A DNA stretch of 64,000 nt, taken from Candidatus Blackallbacteria bacterium. GTDB taxonomy: Bacteria; Cyanobacteriota; Sericytochromatia; UBA7694. Shown here one piece after another: positions 9,798 to 20,123 of this stretch (position 1 is the stretch's first letter; each line of letters begins with the position of its first letter). The notes beneath the pieces were generated by a model that saw nothing but the letters and a program-made list of their open reading frames with translations, was not told where the DNA came from and searched no databases. The stretch lies in assembly GCA_051715345.1 (NCBI GenBank), contig JBPXJQ010000004.1, forward strand, positions 25,019-89,018. The letters run 5' to 3'. The position numbers and the translations under genes are program-made.

Positions 9798-11030
9798 TTG
9801 AAAACCAGTCGCCCACAAATTGAAAATATGCACACATTCTTGTTTCTTTCCAAGCGCGATTTGATGCGCCTTTCCCCCATCTCTCTTGGCCTTTTATTGC
9901 TTTCCCTCACCCCACTTGTGGCCTGCGCCCCAGAAGAAGTCAAACAATACCGGGTTGCCAAAGTCTCAGCAGCCCCCGCCATGGCCCTATCAAATGCCTC
10001 AAACACGGCTTCAAGTGATGCCTCCGCAGAGGAAGGCCTGAGTTACACTGCCCCCGCCGATTGGCAGAAAATGCCCGCAGGTGGCATGCGCAAACTCTCA
10101 TTCAGCCTCAAAGGCGGTGGGGATTTCTCGCTGGTCACCCTACCAGGTAATGCCGGCGATCTCAAAGGCAATCTCAACCGCTGGCGCGGCCAAGTCGGCC
10201 TGCCGCCCCTGGAAGATCCCGCTGAGATAGCCAAAAGTGTCAGGGCTTTCACCGTTTCTGGCAGTGAAGGCATTGCCCTCGAACTCTATGCCCCCGAAGG
10301 CCAACCCGACAAAGCCATGCGCGTGGTGCTGGTCGAAAAAGAAGGCGCCAATTGGTTCTTTAAACTGGCAGGCCCCCGTGAATTGGTCAAGGCCCAGGCC
10401 AAAGCCTTTGAGACCTTTCTGGCCTCTGTCAAAATCAAAGCAGGAGCCTCGGCCCAAATGCCCGCAATGCCTGAGGGGCAGAGCATGCCCGGTCAGCCGC
10501 CGGTTGCTCCTAATTCGGACCCCAATTCAGCTCCCAATTCGGACATGAACGCGCCGGGTTTACCCAAAATGGAACCCCAGGCCACCAACACAAAACTCAC
10601 CTATACCCTGCCCGCCAGCTGGAAAGAAAAACCCGCTGGCAATATCCGTGTGGCCTCGTTTGAGGTCAAACAGGGCGAAGCGATTGGCGATGTTTCGATC
10701 GTCAGTTTGGCCGGTGATGGCGGCGGTCTGCTCAACAATACCAACCGCTGGCGCAAGCAGCTTGAAATGGTGCCCACCGATCAAGCGGGCCTCAAAAACG
10801 CAGTCAAAGATATTCAAATAGCCGGCCACAAAGGCTATTTTATGGCCCTATACAGCGGCATGGAAGGCCAGGGTATGTTGGTCGCCATGGTCGAGCAGGG
10901 TGGCCAAACCTGGTTTATTAAAATGGTCGCACCGGCCAAATTGATCCAAAGCCAAGAGAGCGACTTTCTGGCCTTTGTAAAGTCGATCGCCTTTCATGAC
11001 TCATCCCAAGTCAAGAGGCAAGCCACATGA
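9798..11030 (+). CDS. Secreted lipoprotein with an internal domain duplication (hypothetical)
   Basis: The likely true start is M at about 9864 (MRLSPISLGLLLLSLTPLVAC, lipobox LVAC). Two homologous about 150-aa halves (…YTAPADWQKMPAGGMRKLSFSLKGGGDFSLVTL…NRWRGQVGL… and …YTLPASWKEKPAGNIRVASFEVKQGEAIGDVSIVSL…NRWRKQLEM…). Stop overlaps the resB start. Confidence 0.6.
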   Translation: MKTSRPQIENMHTFLFLSKRDLMRLSPISLGLLLLSLTPLVACAPEEVKQYRVAKVSAAPAMALSNASNTASSDASAEEGLSYTAPADWQKMPAGGMRKLSFSLKGGGDFSLVTLPGNAGDLKGNLNRWRGQVGLPPLEDPAEIAKSVRAFTVSGSEGIALELYAPEGQPDKAMRVVLVEKEGANWFFKLAGPRELVKAQAKAFETFLASVKIKAGASAQMPAMPEGQSMPGQPPVAPNSDPNSAPNSDMNAPGLPKMEPQATNTKLTYTLPASWKEKPAGNIRVASFEVKQGEAIGDVSIVSLAGDGGGLLNNTNRWRKQLEMVPTDQAGLKNAVKDIQIAGHKGYFMALYSGMEGQGMLVAMVEQGGQTWFIKMVAPAKLIQSQESDFLAFVKSIAFHDSSQVKRQAT

Positions 11031-12235
11031 TAGACGCTCCCGCAGCTCCCCTGTCTGAAAAAAAACGCAAGCCCAAAACACCTTTGCAACAGGCAATGGC
11101 TTTCTTTGGCTCTCTCGAACTGACCGTGACCCTGCTGACGCTGAGTATTTTGCTGATCTTCTTTGGCACCTTGGCCCAGCTGGATCAAGGGGTCTGGACC
11201 GTGGTCAAAGACTATTTCCGCTCTTGGCTGGTCTGGGTCGATTTTCAGATTTTCTTTCCCCGCGACCGTGCCGTGCCGGGAGCCCTGCCTTTTCCCGGCG
11301 GAAATACCCTGGGCTCATTGCTTTTGATCAATTTAATGGTGGCCCATGCCCAGCGCTTTAAGCTCAGCAAACAAAAAATCGGCCTATCTGTGATTCACGC
11401 AGGCTTGATTCTCTTGTTGGTGGGAGAAGGCCTCACAGGTCTCTTTGCCGATGAGAGCAATATGTCGATCGACGAGGGGGGATCTTCCAATTACAGCGAA
11501 GACATCCGCCACACTGAATTGGCCTTTGTCGATAGCAGCGATGCCAAAACGGATTTGGTCACAGTGGTGCCCGAAAGCCAATTGCGCAGCGGCAAACGGA
11601 TTCAATCTCCACAACTGCCCGTGGATATTCAGGTGGATGCCTACTACAAAAATTCTGTCATGGAAAAAGATCCCTCAGGTGCTGGATTTAGGGCCAAACA
11701 GGCCCCCGAGATCAGTGGCACCCAAACGGCTGAAGGCGGCATCGACATGCCCACAGCCCTGGTCACGCTCTTTCCCAAAGGCAGCGACAAAGCCCTGGGC
11801 AGTTATACCACCTCGGTTTGGATCAATAGCAGCACTGACCTCGAAGTCAATGGCAAAAAATATGCTTTGAATCTGCGCTTTGAGCGCAGTTACAAACCCT
11901 ATACCTTTTACCTCAAAGATTTCCGCTTTGACCGCTATCCTGGCACGGAGATCCCCAAAAACTTTGAAAGCACGGTGCGGATTGTCGATACCGAACACAA
12001 AGTCGACCGCGAAGTGAAAATTTGGATGAACCACCCCTTGCGCTACCGGGGAGATACCTTTTACCAGGCCTCTTACAAACCCGATGAGTCCGGCACAGTC
12101 TTGCAGGTGGTCAAAAACCCCAGTTGGTTGATTCCCTATATCTCCTGTGTTTTGGTCACGCTGGGTCTGCTCTTGCAATTTGGTTTTTCACTTTCCCGTT
12201 CGCTTAAACGCCGCGCCAAAAGGAGTGCCACATGA
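11027..12235 (+). CDS. resB: Cytochrome c biogenesis protein ResB/Ccs1 (system II), compact form
   Basis: N-terminal TM helix after a basic stretch, then a periplasmic domain, then a C-terminal …NHPLRYRGDTFYQASYKP… plus a TM helix typical of the ResB C-terminus. 402 aa is shorter than the typical ~540 aa. Translationally coupled to ccsA (4-nt overlap). Confidence 0.75.
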   Translation: MIDAPAAPLSEKKRKPKTPLQQAMAFFGSLELTVTLLTLSILLIFFGTLAQLDQGVWTVVKDYFRSWLVWVDFQIFFPRDRAVPGALPFPGGNTLGSLLLINLMVAHAQRFKLSKQKIGLSVIHAGLILLLVGEGLTGLFADESNMSIDEGGSSNYSEDIRHTELAFVDSSDAKTDLVTVVPESQLRSGKRIQSPQLPVDIQVDAYYKNSVMEKDPSGAGFRAKQAPEISGTQTAEGGIDMPTALVTLFPKGSDKALGSYTTSVWINSSTDLEVNGKKYALNLRFERSYKPYTFYLKDFRFDRYPGTEIPKNFESTVRIVDTEHKVDREVKIWMNHPLRYRGDTFYQASYKPDESGTVLQVVKNPSWLIPYISCVLVTLGLLLQFGFSLSRSLKRRAKRSAT

Positions 12236-13935
12236 AAGCCCTGGAAAAATACCTTCCGCTCTTGCTTGCACTGATCTGTCTTTTGGCTTTTGGCCGCAGT
12301 ATGGTCGAAAAACCGTATGCCAAACAGGCTTTTGATTTAAATGCCTTTAGCCAAATGCCCGTTTTGCACAAGGGCCGGGTTCAACCCTTGGATTCGTTTG
12401 CCCGCAACAACCTGCTCTTTATTTCGGATAAACAGATGTACAGCGACAGTGAGGGCAAAAAACAACCCGCTGTGCAGTGGTTGGCAGAACTGATGAGTGG
12501 CCGCCCCGAATCGCGTCAGCACAAGATTTTCCGGATTGAACATGACGATGTGCTCTCTTTGATGGGGCTCAAGCCCCGCGAAGGTCTGCGCTACTCGTTG
12601 GATGAATTGGCGCCCAAATACCCGGCCCTGATTCAACAGGTGCAAATGGTCTTTCAAAAGCCCGATGCCAGCCGCGATTTGGTGGATCTCAAAACAATTG
12701 AGCTTTACGAACAGCTCGAGGTTTTTCGCCAGATCATGGCCTTTGAAGTCCCTTTGGTTTTGCCTGCCTTAAAAGCCGAGGGCAATGATTGGCTGCCGCT
12801 GGGTGGAGAAAAAAGCGACCTCAACCGCAGCAATTATGCCAATGCCTGGTATAAAAGCCTCAAAGCCTACCAAAACAACGATATTGTCCTGTTTAATGCC
12901 ACTACCGCTGAATACCTTCAGGGCCTCAAAAGCTCACACCCCACGCTGTTCCCCAAATTACAAATTGAGCAGCGTTTCAATTTGAGCATGCCCTTTTACC
13001 AGGCCATGGTCCTGTTTGTCCTGGCATTTTTGCTCAGTGTCTTTGGCTGGATGTTTTGGGGCAAGGCCCTGAACCGCTCAGCCTTTGGCTTGGTCGTGAT
13101 CGGACTTGTGATCTTTACAGGGGCGCTACTGACGCGCATGTATTTGCAGGGCCGCCCGCCAGTCACCAATTTATACTCTTCGGCAATTTTTGTCGGTTGG
13201 GTTGCGGTTCTTATGGGCCTGGGAGTGGAGTGGTTCATGAAAAACGGATTTGGCACAATCATGGCCTCAATCACGGGCTTTTGTGCGCTTTTGGTGGCCC
13301 ACAATCTCGGCAGTGGGGGTGATACCCTCGAAATGATGCGGGCTGTTCTCGACACCAATTTCTGGCTGGCCACCCATGTCACCACTGTGACCATGGGCTA
13401 TTCCGCCAGTTTCTTGGCTGGATTCATGGGCCTGATCGTCATCATCATGGGGGTCTTAACCCGCAAATTGGACAAAGATCTCTACACCAAGATCTCGGCA
13501 ATGATCTACGGTACAGTGGCATTTGCCACCCTGTTTAGTTTTGTCGGCACCGTGCTGGGTGGCATCTGGGCCGATCAGAGTTGGGGCCGCTTTTGGGGCT
13601 GGGATCCCAAAGAAAACGGCGCAGTCATGATCGTGCTTTGGAATGCGATTATTTTACACGCCCGCTGGGGGGGGCTGGCCAAAAAACGCGGAATTGCGCT
13701 CTTGGCCATTGGAGGCAATATTGTCACAGCCTGGTCGTGGTTTGGCGTAAACATGCTGGGAGTGGGTTTGCACTCTTATGGTTTTACCGATAAAGCCTTT
13801 ATTGGCTTAGCGGGATTTGTGGGCCTGAATTTGCTTGTGATCTGGTTGGGAACCATTCCCGAAGAACATTGGCGCAGTTTTAAAGGCCCGCAGGCAAATA
13901 ACAAGGGATCTCTGAGCGATGTCTCTCTGAAATGA
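12232..13935 (+). CDS. ccsA: Cytochrome c-type biogenesis protein CcsA/ResC with a ~250-aa N-terminal extension
   Basis: The C-terminal half is polytopic and carries the CcsA-like Trp-rich WGRFWGWDPKENGAVMIVLWNAIILHARWGG motif. The N-terminal part has a signal/TM segment then a soluble region. Confidence 0.8.
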   Translation: MKALEKYLPLLLALICLLAFGRSMVEKPYAKQAFDLNAFSQMPVLHKGRVQPLDSFARNNLLFISDKQMYSDSEGKKQPAVQWLAELMSGRPESRQHKIFRIEHDDVLSLMGLKPREGLRYSLDELAPKYPALIQQVQMVFQKPDASRDLVDLKTIELYEQLEVFRQIMAFEVPLVLPALKAEGNDWLPLGGEKSDLNRSNYANAWYKSLKAYQNNDIVLFNATTAEYLQGLKSSHPTLFPKLQIEQRFNLSMPFYQAMVLFVLAFLLSVFGWMFWGKALNRSAFGLVVIGLVIFTGALLTRMYLQGRPPVTNLYSSAIFVGWVAVLMGLGVEWFMKNGFGTIMASITGFCALLVAHNLGSGGDTLEMMRAVLDTNFWLATHVTTVTMGYSASFLAGFMGLIVIIMGVLTRKLDKDLYTKISAMIYGTVAFATLFSFVGTVLGGIWADQSWGRFWGWDPKENGAVMIVLWNAIILHARWGGLAKKRGIALLAIGGNIVTAWSWFGVNMLGVGLHSYGFTDKAFIGLAGFVGLNLLVIWLGTIPEEHWRSFKGPQANNKGSLSDVSLK

Positions 13936-13992
13936 GCATTTCGCCTTTTTGCTCCCTGCTGTTATAATTCCAACTGAGGAAAACGCAATTTC

Positions 13993-14916
13993 ATGGATCT
14001 CAAAGCCCTCTTAAAAACCCACGAACAGGTTGCCAGCAAACGCAAACACTTGGGTGCTCAGGCCTGTGAACAAGGCTATAGCTTGTTGATCAAAGCAGAA
14101 CAAACTGGGTTTAAAGATAAATCCCTGCTAAAGTCTGCTTCAGATGCTTTTATTCGTGCAATTCGCCAAGAACGCGGCAATGCCGAATCCTATGTCGGAT
14201 TGGGCTATTTGCTCATGTTGATTTCCGACTTTGAAGGCGCAGAAAAGCAACTCAAAGCGGCCCTGCAATTTGCGCCAAATAACTCTGATGCCAAATCCCT
14301 GCTGGAGTTTAGCCAACACAAACGTTTGGGCATTCCACTGAAATCCGCTCAGCCCGAAACGGAAGAGTCCGAACAATTGTTTGTTCATTTTGTGGAACGG
14401 ATTCAGACTGCAACCCGAAAAGCCAAGGCCTCTCAACTCAAACAGCCCCTGATGGACACAGCACAATTGCAAGTTTTGGTCAAAGAGCACGGTGAATCCC
14501 AGTGGCGTTACCAACAATTGGAGCAAGAATTGGCTGAATTGGATCTGGCTTTGCCTGCCGATTCGCTGAAGGGACTATTAAACAGCTTTGCCGATCTGCT
14601 GCGCCATCAGACCAAAATGATTCAGACCTCTTTGACCTTTCAGAAGTTGGAGCAGGCCTTGCTAAAGCAAATGGAACGGGCACGGGACAGCATCGTCAAT
14701 CTTCCCCATTTGCGCAGCAAAGAGGCCATCCAGGACTTTGAGCAGAATACCCTCGAAGATCTGCTTGACCACTGCGATAAACTGGCAGACCAACTGGATT
14801 CTATTTCCGATCAGGGCCACGATATTCGATCGCTCGAAAGACAATACGAGACATTGGTACAGATGATTGAAAACCTGCAGGAACAAATCGACGGTCAGCT
14901 CGAACAGGGTTTTTAG
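13993..14916 (+). CDS. Hypothetical protein, TPR-like N-terminus plus coiled coil
   Basis: 307-aa ORF, helical and Gln/Leu/Glu-rich. Convergent with tetR with a 4-nt stop overlap. Confidence 0.5.
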   Translation: MDLKALLKTHEQVASKRKHLGAQACEQGYSLLIKAEQTGFKDKSLLKSASDAFIRAIRQERGNAESYVGLGYLLMLISDFEGAEKQLKAALQFAPNNSDAKSLLEFSQHKRLGIPLKSAQPETEESEQLFVHFVERIQTATRKAKASQLKQPLMDTAQLQVLVKEHGESQWRYQQLEQELAELDLALPADSLKGLLNSFADLLRHQTKMIQTSLTFQKLEQALLKQMERARDSIVNLPHLRSKEAIQDFEQNTLEDLLDHCDKLADQLDSISDQGHDIRSLERQYETLVQMIENLQEQIDGQLEQGF

Positions 14917-15677
14917 GGCCGCGCCAACCCATTCAATAACATTTCCAGGGTGGATTCGAGTAAATCCTCGGGCTTATCCGCACCCAAATTATCCCATTTC
15001 AACTGCTTGTTGACTAATAATGAAGTAAAACCATGAATTTGCGCCCAAAAAGTTAAAGCAATAAGTTCTGCCGGTGCTTTCCGGAGCTGCTTATCCTTGA
15101 TCGCCGTTGAAATCGTTTCAACGAAATAGATAAAGGTATCTTCAGTGGCCTGAGACAAATGGGGGTAAAGCGCTTTGTCTTCAATTGCAGCACCAAACAT
15201 CAAAGCAAAATAATCGGGAAATTCAAGGCCAAACTGACAATACACCCTGGCTTGGGCCCTGAGTTTTTCCAAAGGCTTGCTCTCAGGCAGAGCGGCCAAG
15301 CGCAGGGACATTTTCTCAAAGCCCCGCGCAGCAACTGCAGCAATCATCTCCTGTTTGTCAGCAAAATGACGATAGGGAGCAGCGGGGCTCACACCCACCG
15401 CTTGAGCAATCGCTCGCAGACTCAGACCCTGCACCCCTTTTTGGGTTACACATGCCAAAGTCGCCTCAAGCAGGGCTTCGTACAAATCACCATGGTGATA
15501 GGGTTTATCTGCCACCGCTTTTTTTAAACGCAGAGAGCGGGGCTTGGGTATTTCGCTTCCAGGCAGAGACGGTGCCAATGCAGAAAATTGAGCCAATTGC
15601 TCATCCATGCGCTGAGAGAGGGCATCCAGCTCTTGATCATTCATGGGAGCAGGGAGAGATTTTTTTGCTCTACCCAC
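14913..15677 (-). CDS. TetR/AcrR family transcriptional regulator
   Basis: HTH region …LEATLACVTQKGVQGLSLRAIAQAVGVSPAAPYRHFADKQ… The roughly 55-aa N-terminal extension is unusual, so the start may be a downstream Met. Confidence 0.7.
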   Translation of the reverse strand: MGRAKKSLPAPMNDQELDALSQRMDEQLAQFSALAPSLPGSEIPKPRSLRLKKAVADKPYHHGDLYEALLEATLACVTQKGVQGLSLRAIAQAVGVSPAAPYRHFADKQEMIAAVAARGFEKMSLRLAALPESKPLEKLRAQARVYCQFGLEFPDYFALMFGAAIEDKALYPHLSQATEDTFIYFVETISTAIKDKQLRKAPAELIALTFWAQIHGFTSLLVNKQLKWDNLGADKPEDLLESTLEMLLNGLARP

Positions 15678-16521
15678 GGGTTCCTGATAAAGCCAAGCTT
15701 TGGCGTGCAGCCTGCAGTGTGTTTAAGAGCAAGCATGAAATGGTCATAGGTCCCACCCCGCCGGGCACGGGGGTAATCCAACTGGCTTTGGGGGCCACAC
15801 CTTCAAAATCCACATCACCACAGAGTTTGCCCTCACTGCGGTTCATCCCGACATCGATTACGACAGCACCAGGCCGAACCATCTCTGCTGTGACCAATTT
15901 GGCTTTGCCAACAGCAGCCACAATAATATCCGCTTGCAAACAGAGTTCAGCCAAATTGGGGGTGCGAGAATGAGCGATGGTCACAGTGGCATGTTCCTGC
16001 AAAAGCAACAAAGCCATGGGTTTGCCCACGATATTGCTGCGTCCAATTACCAGCGCCTGTTTGCCCAGCATGGGAATTTGCTGGCTTTTGAGCAAATGCA
16101 TCACTCCCAAAGCCGTGCAAGGTACCAAATTGGGGGTGCCATTGAAGAGATGGCCTGCGTTGATCGGATGAAAGCCATCCACATCTTTTTCGGGGGCCAC
16201 AGCTTCGAGCACCTGGGTCACATCTATCTGGGCAGGCAGAGGCAATTGCACCAAAATACCATGAATATCTGGCCGTTGATTGAGAAGCTGCACCTGTTCC
16301 AGCAATTTCTCTTGGGAAATCTCTGCGGGCAAATAGACCATTTCTGAGAAAAAGCCCACCCGCTGACAGGCCTGCTCTTTGCGCCCCACATAGATTTTTG
16401 AAGCCGCATCATCACCAGCCATAATCACAGCCAAACCAGGCCGAATTGGAAGGCGTTCCACTTCGTTTTTCAGGGACGCTTCCAGCTCGGCAGCAAGGGC
16501 TTTGCCATCGAGCAGGGCCAT
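15670..16521 (-). CDS. folD: Bifunctional methylenetetrahydrofolate dehydrogenase/cyclohydrolase FolD
   Basis: MALLDGKALAAEL…IMAGDDAASKIYVGRKEQACQRVGF…VIGRSNIVGKPMALLL…PVPGGVGPMTISCLLLNTL. These are classic FolD motifs. Start placed at the MALLDGKA Met (ORF extends to 16536). Confidence 0.9.
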   Translation of the reverse strand: MALLDGKALAAELEASLKNEVERLPIRPGLAVIMAGDDAASKIYVGRKEQACQRVGFFSEMVYLPAEISQEKLLEQVQLLNQRPDIHGILVQLPLPAQIDVTQVLEAVAPEKDVDGFHPINAGHLFNGTPNLVPCTALGVMHLLKSQQIPMLGKQALVIGRSNIVGKPMALLLLQEHATVTIAHSRTPNLAELCLQADIIVAAVGKAKLVTAEMVRPGAVVIDVGMNRSEGKLCGDVDFEGVAPKASWITPVPGGVGPMTISCLLLNTLQAARQSLALSGTRG

Positions 16522-18140
16522 TATTCTATCCACCAATTGGCGCTGTTCCAGGTGGCACCCATAAAGGGATTGGGGTAATAATTATGTACCCTTTTTTTAC
16601 TGGCTTCGAGCACCGTGTCGTGATAAAGCGGGATGGCAGGCAAACGCTCGCTCAGGACCGCGGCCAATTGGAAATAGAGGCGGCGCTGTTGATTGATATC
16701 ACTGGCGTTTTCCAGCGACTGCAACAGACTATCTGCTTGGTAATCGACAAAACGGGTGAAATTATTGCCTTTGGGGGGCACTTGGCTGGAATGCCAGCGC
16801 TTGAAAGAGGTTTCATCGGGATGGCTGCTCCAAGAAGACAAAGCCAATTCGTAATGCCCGCCTGGCAACATTTCACCGATCAACATTTCTTCGGGTACGG
16901 GTTTGAGTTCGAGTTTAACCCCAATTTGGGCAAAGGCATCACGCAGATAGCTGCCTACCAATTGGTGGGACTTATTGCCGTTGACCATCGCCAAAGTCAG
17001 GGTCAAGGCTTCGCCATTTTCGTTGTAGCGCTGTCCTGCACCTTTGGGGCTCCAACCGGCTTCATTTAAAAGCTTGGCGGCATGTTGGGGATTAAAATTA
17101 TAAAAGCTGGAGCTGCGCTCGTTGTATTTCCAGGAATCTTGAGGCTGGTCGCTCCAAGCGGGCTGAGCCAAACCAAGCAGGCGTTCGCTGATCGCTTTGC
17201 GATCAATGGCGTAAGCCAGGGCCCGTCTCACGCGCAAGTCCGCCAATACAGGCTGTTTGATATTGATTTCGATATGTTCAATTTTTCCGGTATTGCGCAG
17301 GTGCAGTTCCAGTTCGGGGTGTTCTTTGAGGTAATCGTACGAGACAATCGACATACCTTGAACAATGTCGGCCCCCTGAACCCAATCAACCACGCCCGGT
17401 ATGGCGCGGTAGCCTGTTTCTTTGAATTGGTAGCGAATTTGATCCAAATTCGGTTTGGCACGGTGGTAGAGGGGATTGGCATCAAAGATGGCCATCTCGC
17501 CTTTTTTCCAGTCTTTTAAGACAAAAGGCCCAGAGCCCACAGGGTGACTGTTCCAAGGATGATCTTCAGCAAAGTCCCAGTATTTACTGCGAAACGAGTG
17601 TTTGGGCAGAATATGTTGAAAGAGGTTGTAATATTCGGGATAGGTTTCAAAAAAGGTCACCCGAATGGTTTGGGGATCCACCACCTGAACTTGGCGAATC
17701 TGTTCGTAACCAGGCGTCGGGGGGTATTTGAAGCGGGGATCCGTGTGGGCCATCCAGGTAAATTGCACATCTTCAGCGGTGAGGGGGTGGCCGTCTTGCC
17801 AAAGCAAATGGGGCCGCAGGGTGTAGGTCACTTCCATTTCGCCGCTGGGCAAATTGCGAATCATGCCATTTTGGTAAGTGGGTACAACGGTTAACAAATC
17901 CGGCTCGAGCTGCGACTGGCTGTTGCGCCGAATCAAGCTGCTGAAGATCAAATTATACAGTTCACGGGCTGCATCGCTGTTGTCAAAAACGGGATTGAGC
18001 AGGGTGGGTTCTCCCACAGAAACAATACGCAGCACACCTCCCCGTTGCAGGGCTTGAGCGGATGGGGAAGTGGGTACCCCGAGACAGATCGCGGCGGCCA
18101 AAAGACCTGAAAGAAACTTGATTGAATGGCGCATATACAA
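16521..18140 (-). CDS. ABC transporter substrate-binding protein, family 5 (peptide/nickel type)
   Basis: 539 aa with a signal peptide (MRHSIKFLSGLLAAAICLG). Length and composition are typical of OppA/DppA-like SBP_bac_5. Confidence 0.75.
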   Translation of the reverse strand: MYMRHSIKFLSGLLAAAICLGVPTSPSAQALQRGGVLRIVSVGEPTLLNPVFDNSDAARELYNLIFSSLIRRNSQSQLEPDLLTVVPTYQNGMIRNLPSGEMEVTYTLRPHLLWQDGHPLTAEDVQFTWMAHTDPRFKYPPTPGYEQIRQVQVVDPQTIRVTFFETYPEYYNLFQHILPKHSFRSKYWDFAEDHPWNSHPVGSGPFVLKDWKKGEMAIFDANPLYHRAKPNLDQIRYQFKETGYRAIPGVVDWVQGADIVQGMSIVSYDYLKEHPELELHLRNTGKIEHIEINIKQPVLADLRVRRALAYAIDRKAISERLLGLAQPAWSDQPQDSWKYNERSSSFYNFNPQHAAKLLNEAGWSPKGAGQRYNENGEALTLTLAMVNGNKSHQLVGSYLRDAFAQIGVKLELKPVPEEMLIGEMLPGGHYELALSSWSSHPDETSFKRWHSSQVPPKGNNFTRFVDYQADSLLQSLENASDINQQRRLYFQLAAVLSERLPAIPLYHDTVLEASKKRVHNYYPNPFMGATWNSANWWIE

Positions 18141-18156
18141 TTACCTCACTCCTGCA

Positions 18157-19575
18157 TTAAACGGCTTCAAAGGTGGGATGCCCAAAGACCTGGGACCATT
18201 TTTGCGCTTCGTATTTTAAAACGCGGGCGCGTTGGGTATCTGCCAGATACAAACGGCCCTGGCTGTCAAAAGTTATATCAAAAGGGTGGGACAAATTCTG
18301 TAATTTTGGATCCAGTTTGGGCAAAGGGGCGGAAATTTCTCCCTCTTTGAGGTTCAATACCCGGTTATTGGCAGTATCAGCCAACCAAAGCAGGCCATCT
18401 GGGTCAATTGCTGCGCCGTTCCAACAAAAGGGGTAATCCTCATCATCGAGGCTTTTGCCCACAGGCAAATCCAGGGTTTTGAGCCACTCACGGGTTTCGC
18501 TGTGAAAGACCTGGACTTTTTCACGGTCGTAGAGATAGATCCGTTTGGCTTTGTCTACGGCCAGCCCACAATAATAATTTTTGCCGCTCTGGGGCATGGT
18601 GGTATTATTGCCAAAAGCCCCTTCGTGAAAGCCCTGAGCATTAAAGACGTGAATGCCTTCCATGTGCAAATAGAGCACATAGAGCTGGTTTTGGGCGTCT
18701 ACAGCCAGAGAGATGGGCCGCAGGGGGCGGTTGGATGCGGGAGCCTGATAGGTCTTGAGCAGCTTCCAATCGGGGCTAAAGACCCCAATGGCATCTCGGT
18801 TACCTGCCAAATAAATATGGCCATTGGGCCCGACACAGAGATCTGAGAGTTCCCAGCGGGCCTCAGGATGTAAAAATTGCCCCATGGCCAATTGGCGTTC
18901 GCTGATACCGCGCTCAAATTTGCCATTGGCATCAAATTGAAAAATCAGGCGGTTATAACTGTCGAGCAAATAGAGCTGATCTTGTGGGCCCGTCGCCAAG
19001 GCCACCAAACGCAGAGGGGCTTTTCCGCCTTCCCAAGCATACAAGCGGTCGAAGAGCAAAAAGTCAAACTCGAGCATGTCTGCGCTAACGGCATCTGAAG
19101 AGCGGGTGGTGGTATGTAAAAAATCTGGGGCTTGGACGACTTCGCAGGCTTTGGCAAAAGCAGCGGCAGCAGCAGGCAAATCTGATTTTTGGCGCAGGCG
19201 CTCCTGGGCCAAAAGACGCCAGACGCGGGCAGAATCGGCTCCTGAGCTGGGCAGAGAGGGGGCCAAGGCCTCCAATTGACTTAATGCAGTCTCAGCTTGG
19301 TTCTGAGCCAGGGCCAAAAGGGCTTGTAAATAAACCGCATCCGCTTCTTGGGGGTTGAGCTTGAGGCTGCGCTCCAGACAGCTTTGGGCACAGCTGGCAT
19401 CTTTGTTGCGGATGGCCAATTCGGAACAGGCCAGGAGATCATTCTGGCTGGTTTTGGCATCTGCTGTGCGTTTGCGATAGAGGGCAAATTGGGTTTCTTC
19501 CCATTTTTGCAGGTCCTGAGGGTCCGCGGCGGCGGCGGAGAATTCAGGGGACTGATAGGCAAGGCGGCTGCTCAT
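18157..19575 (-). CDS. TPR plus NHL-repeat beta-propeller protein
   Basis: N-terminal TPR-like helices. C-terminal repeats carry NHL signatures (…LYLADTQRARVLKY…, …LWLADTANNRVLNL…, …IYLAGNRDAIGVF…). Confidence 0.7.
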   Translation of the reverse strand: MSSRLAYQSPEFSAAAADPQDLQKWEETQFALYRKRTADAKTSQNDLLACSELAIRNKDASCAQSCLERSLKLNPQEADAVYLQALLALAQNQAETALSQLEALAPSLPSSGADSARVWRLLAQERLRQKSDLPAAAAAFAKACEVVQAPDFLHTTTRSSDAVSADMLEFDFLLFDRLYAWEGGKAPLRLVALATGPQDQLYLLDSYNRLIFQFDANGKFERGISERQLAMGQFLHPEARWELSDLCVGPNGHIYLAGNRDAIGVFSPDWKLLKTYQAPASNRPLRPISLAVDAQNQLYVLYLHMEGIHVFNAQGFHEGAFGNNTTMPQSGKNYYCGLAVDKAKRIYLYDREKVQVFHSETREWLKTLDLPVGKSLDDEDYPFCWNGAAIDPDGLLWLADTANNRVLNLKEGEISAPLPKLDPKLQNLSHPFDITFDSQGRLYLADTQRARVLKYEAQKWSQVFGHPTFEAV

Positions 19576-20123
19576 AAAAAACTCAGGCTCTCCTCAAACA
19601 TACTCTCATATGAGGTATCACAAAAAGGTATCACTAAAAACAAGGGCATTATACCACACCCAGAGGTCTTGGCTAAGGCCCTAAAAACAGGCTTTTGAGA
19701 GTGTTAGAGTGGCGTGTTCTGGCTGAAATTGCTGTGCGATCGCTTGTGAATCGACAAAACATGCAATTGTACTTGGGAGTCGGGAAAAAGGTGTTGAAGA
19801 TAGGTCAAATGCTGCCGGGCAGGCTCTGCTTCTGAAAAGAAACGATCCCGCATAAGTAAGCCATTTTGCTGATAAGTGATCAGAAATACCTGTTCTTGTA
19901 TATGAGTCATGCCTTGTCCTGAACGCCAGAGTTATTCTATTCATAACAGAAACGGCAACTGTATATCCAGAGAAAAGGGATTAAGCTTGGGCTAAATTCT
20001 GAAATTAACCATTTTTTTACGTTTAGTTAACTCATTTTTAGTCTTTTTCCAGTCAGAAAGGGAAATCAATCAGCCATAAATAAACAGGATCCACACTTAA
20101 TAGCTTAGAAAAGAGAAAAAACC

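Noticed and set aside
10490-10560. PNSDPNSAPNSD mini-repeat in the 9798 lipoprotein
   Set aside because: A short low-complexity linker between the two duplicated halves. It is not an independent feature.
16446-17069. 207-aa plus-strand ORF overlapping the substrate-binding protein gene
   Set aside because: It is antisense to a long SBP frame with a signal peptide. GC-rich antisense ORFs are common.
19576-20123. 548-nt AT-richer intergenic region with small minus-strand ORFs (19681-19944, 19704-19910)
   Set aside because: No RBS, motif or conservation signal. It is more likely a divergent promoter region for the TPR-NHL and glycine-zipper genes.
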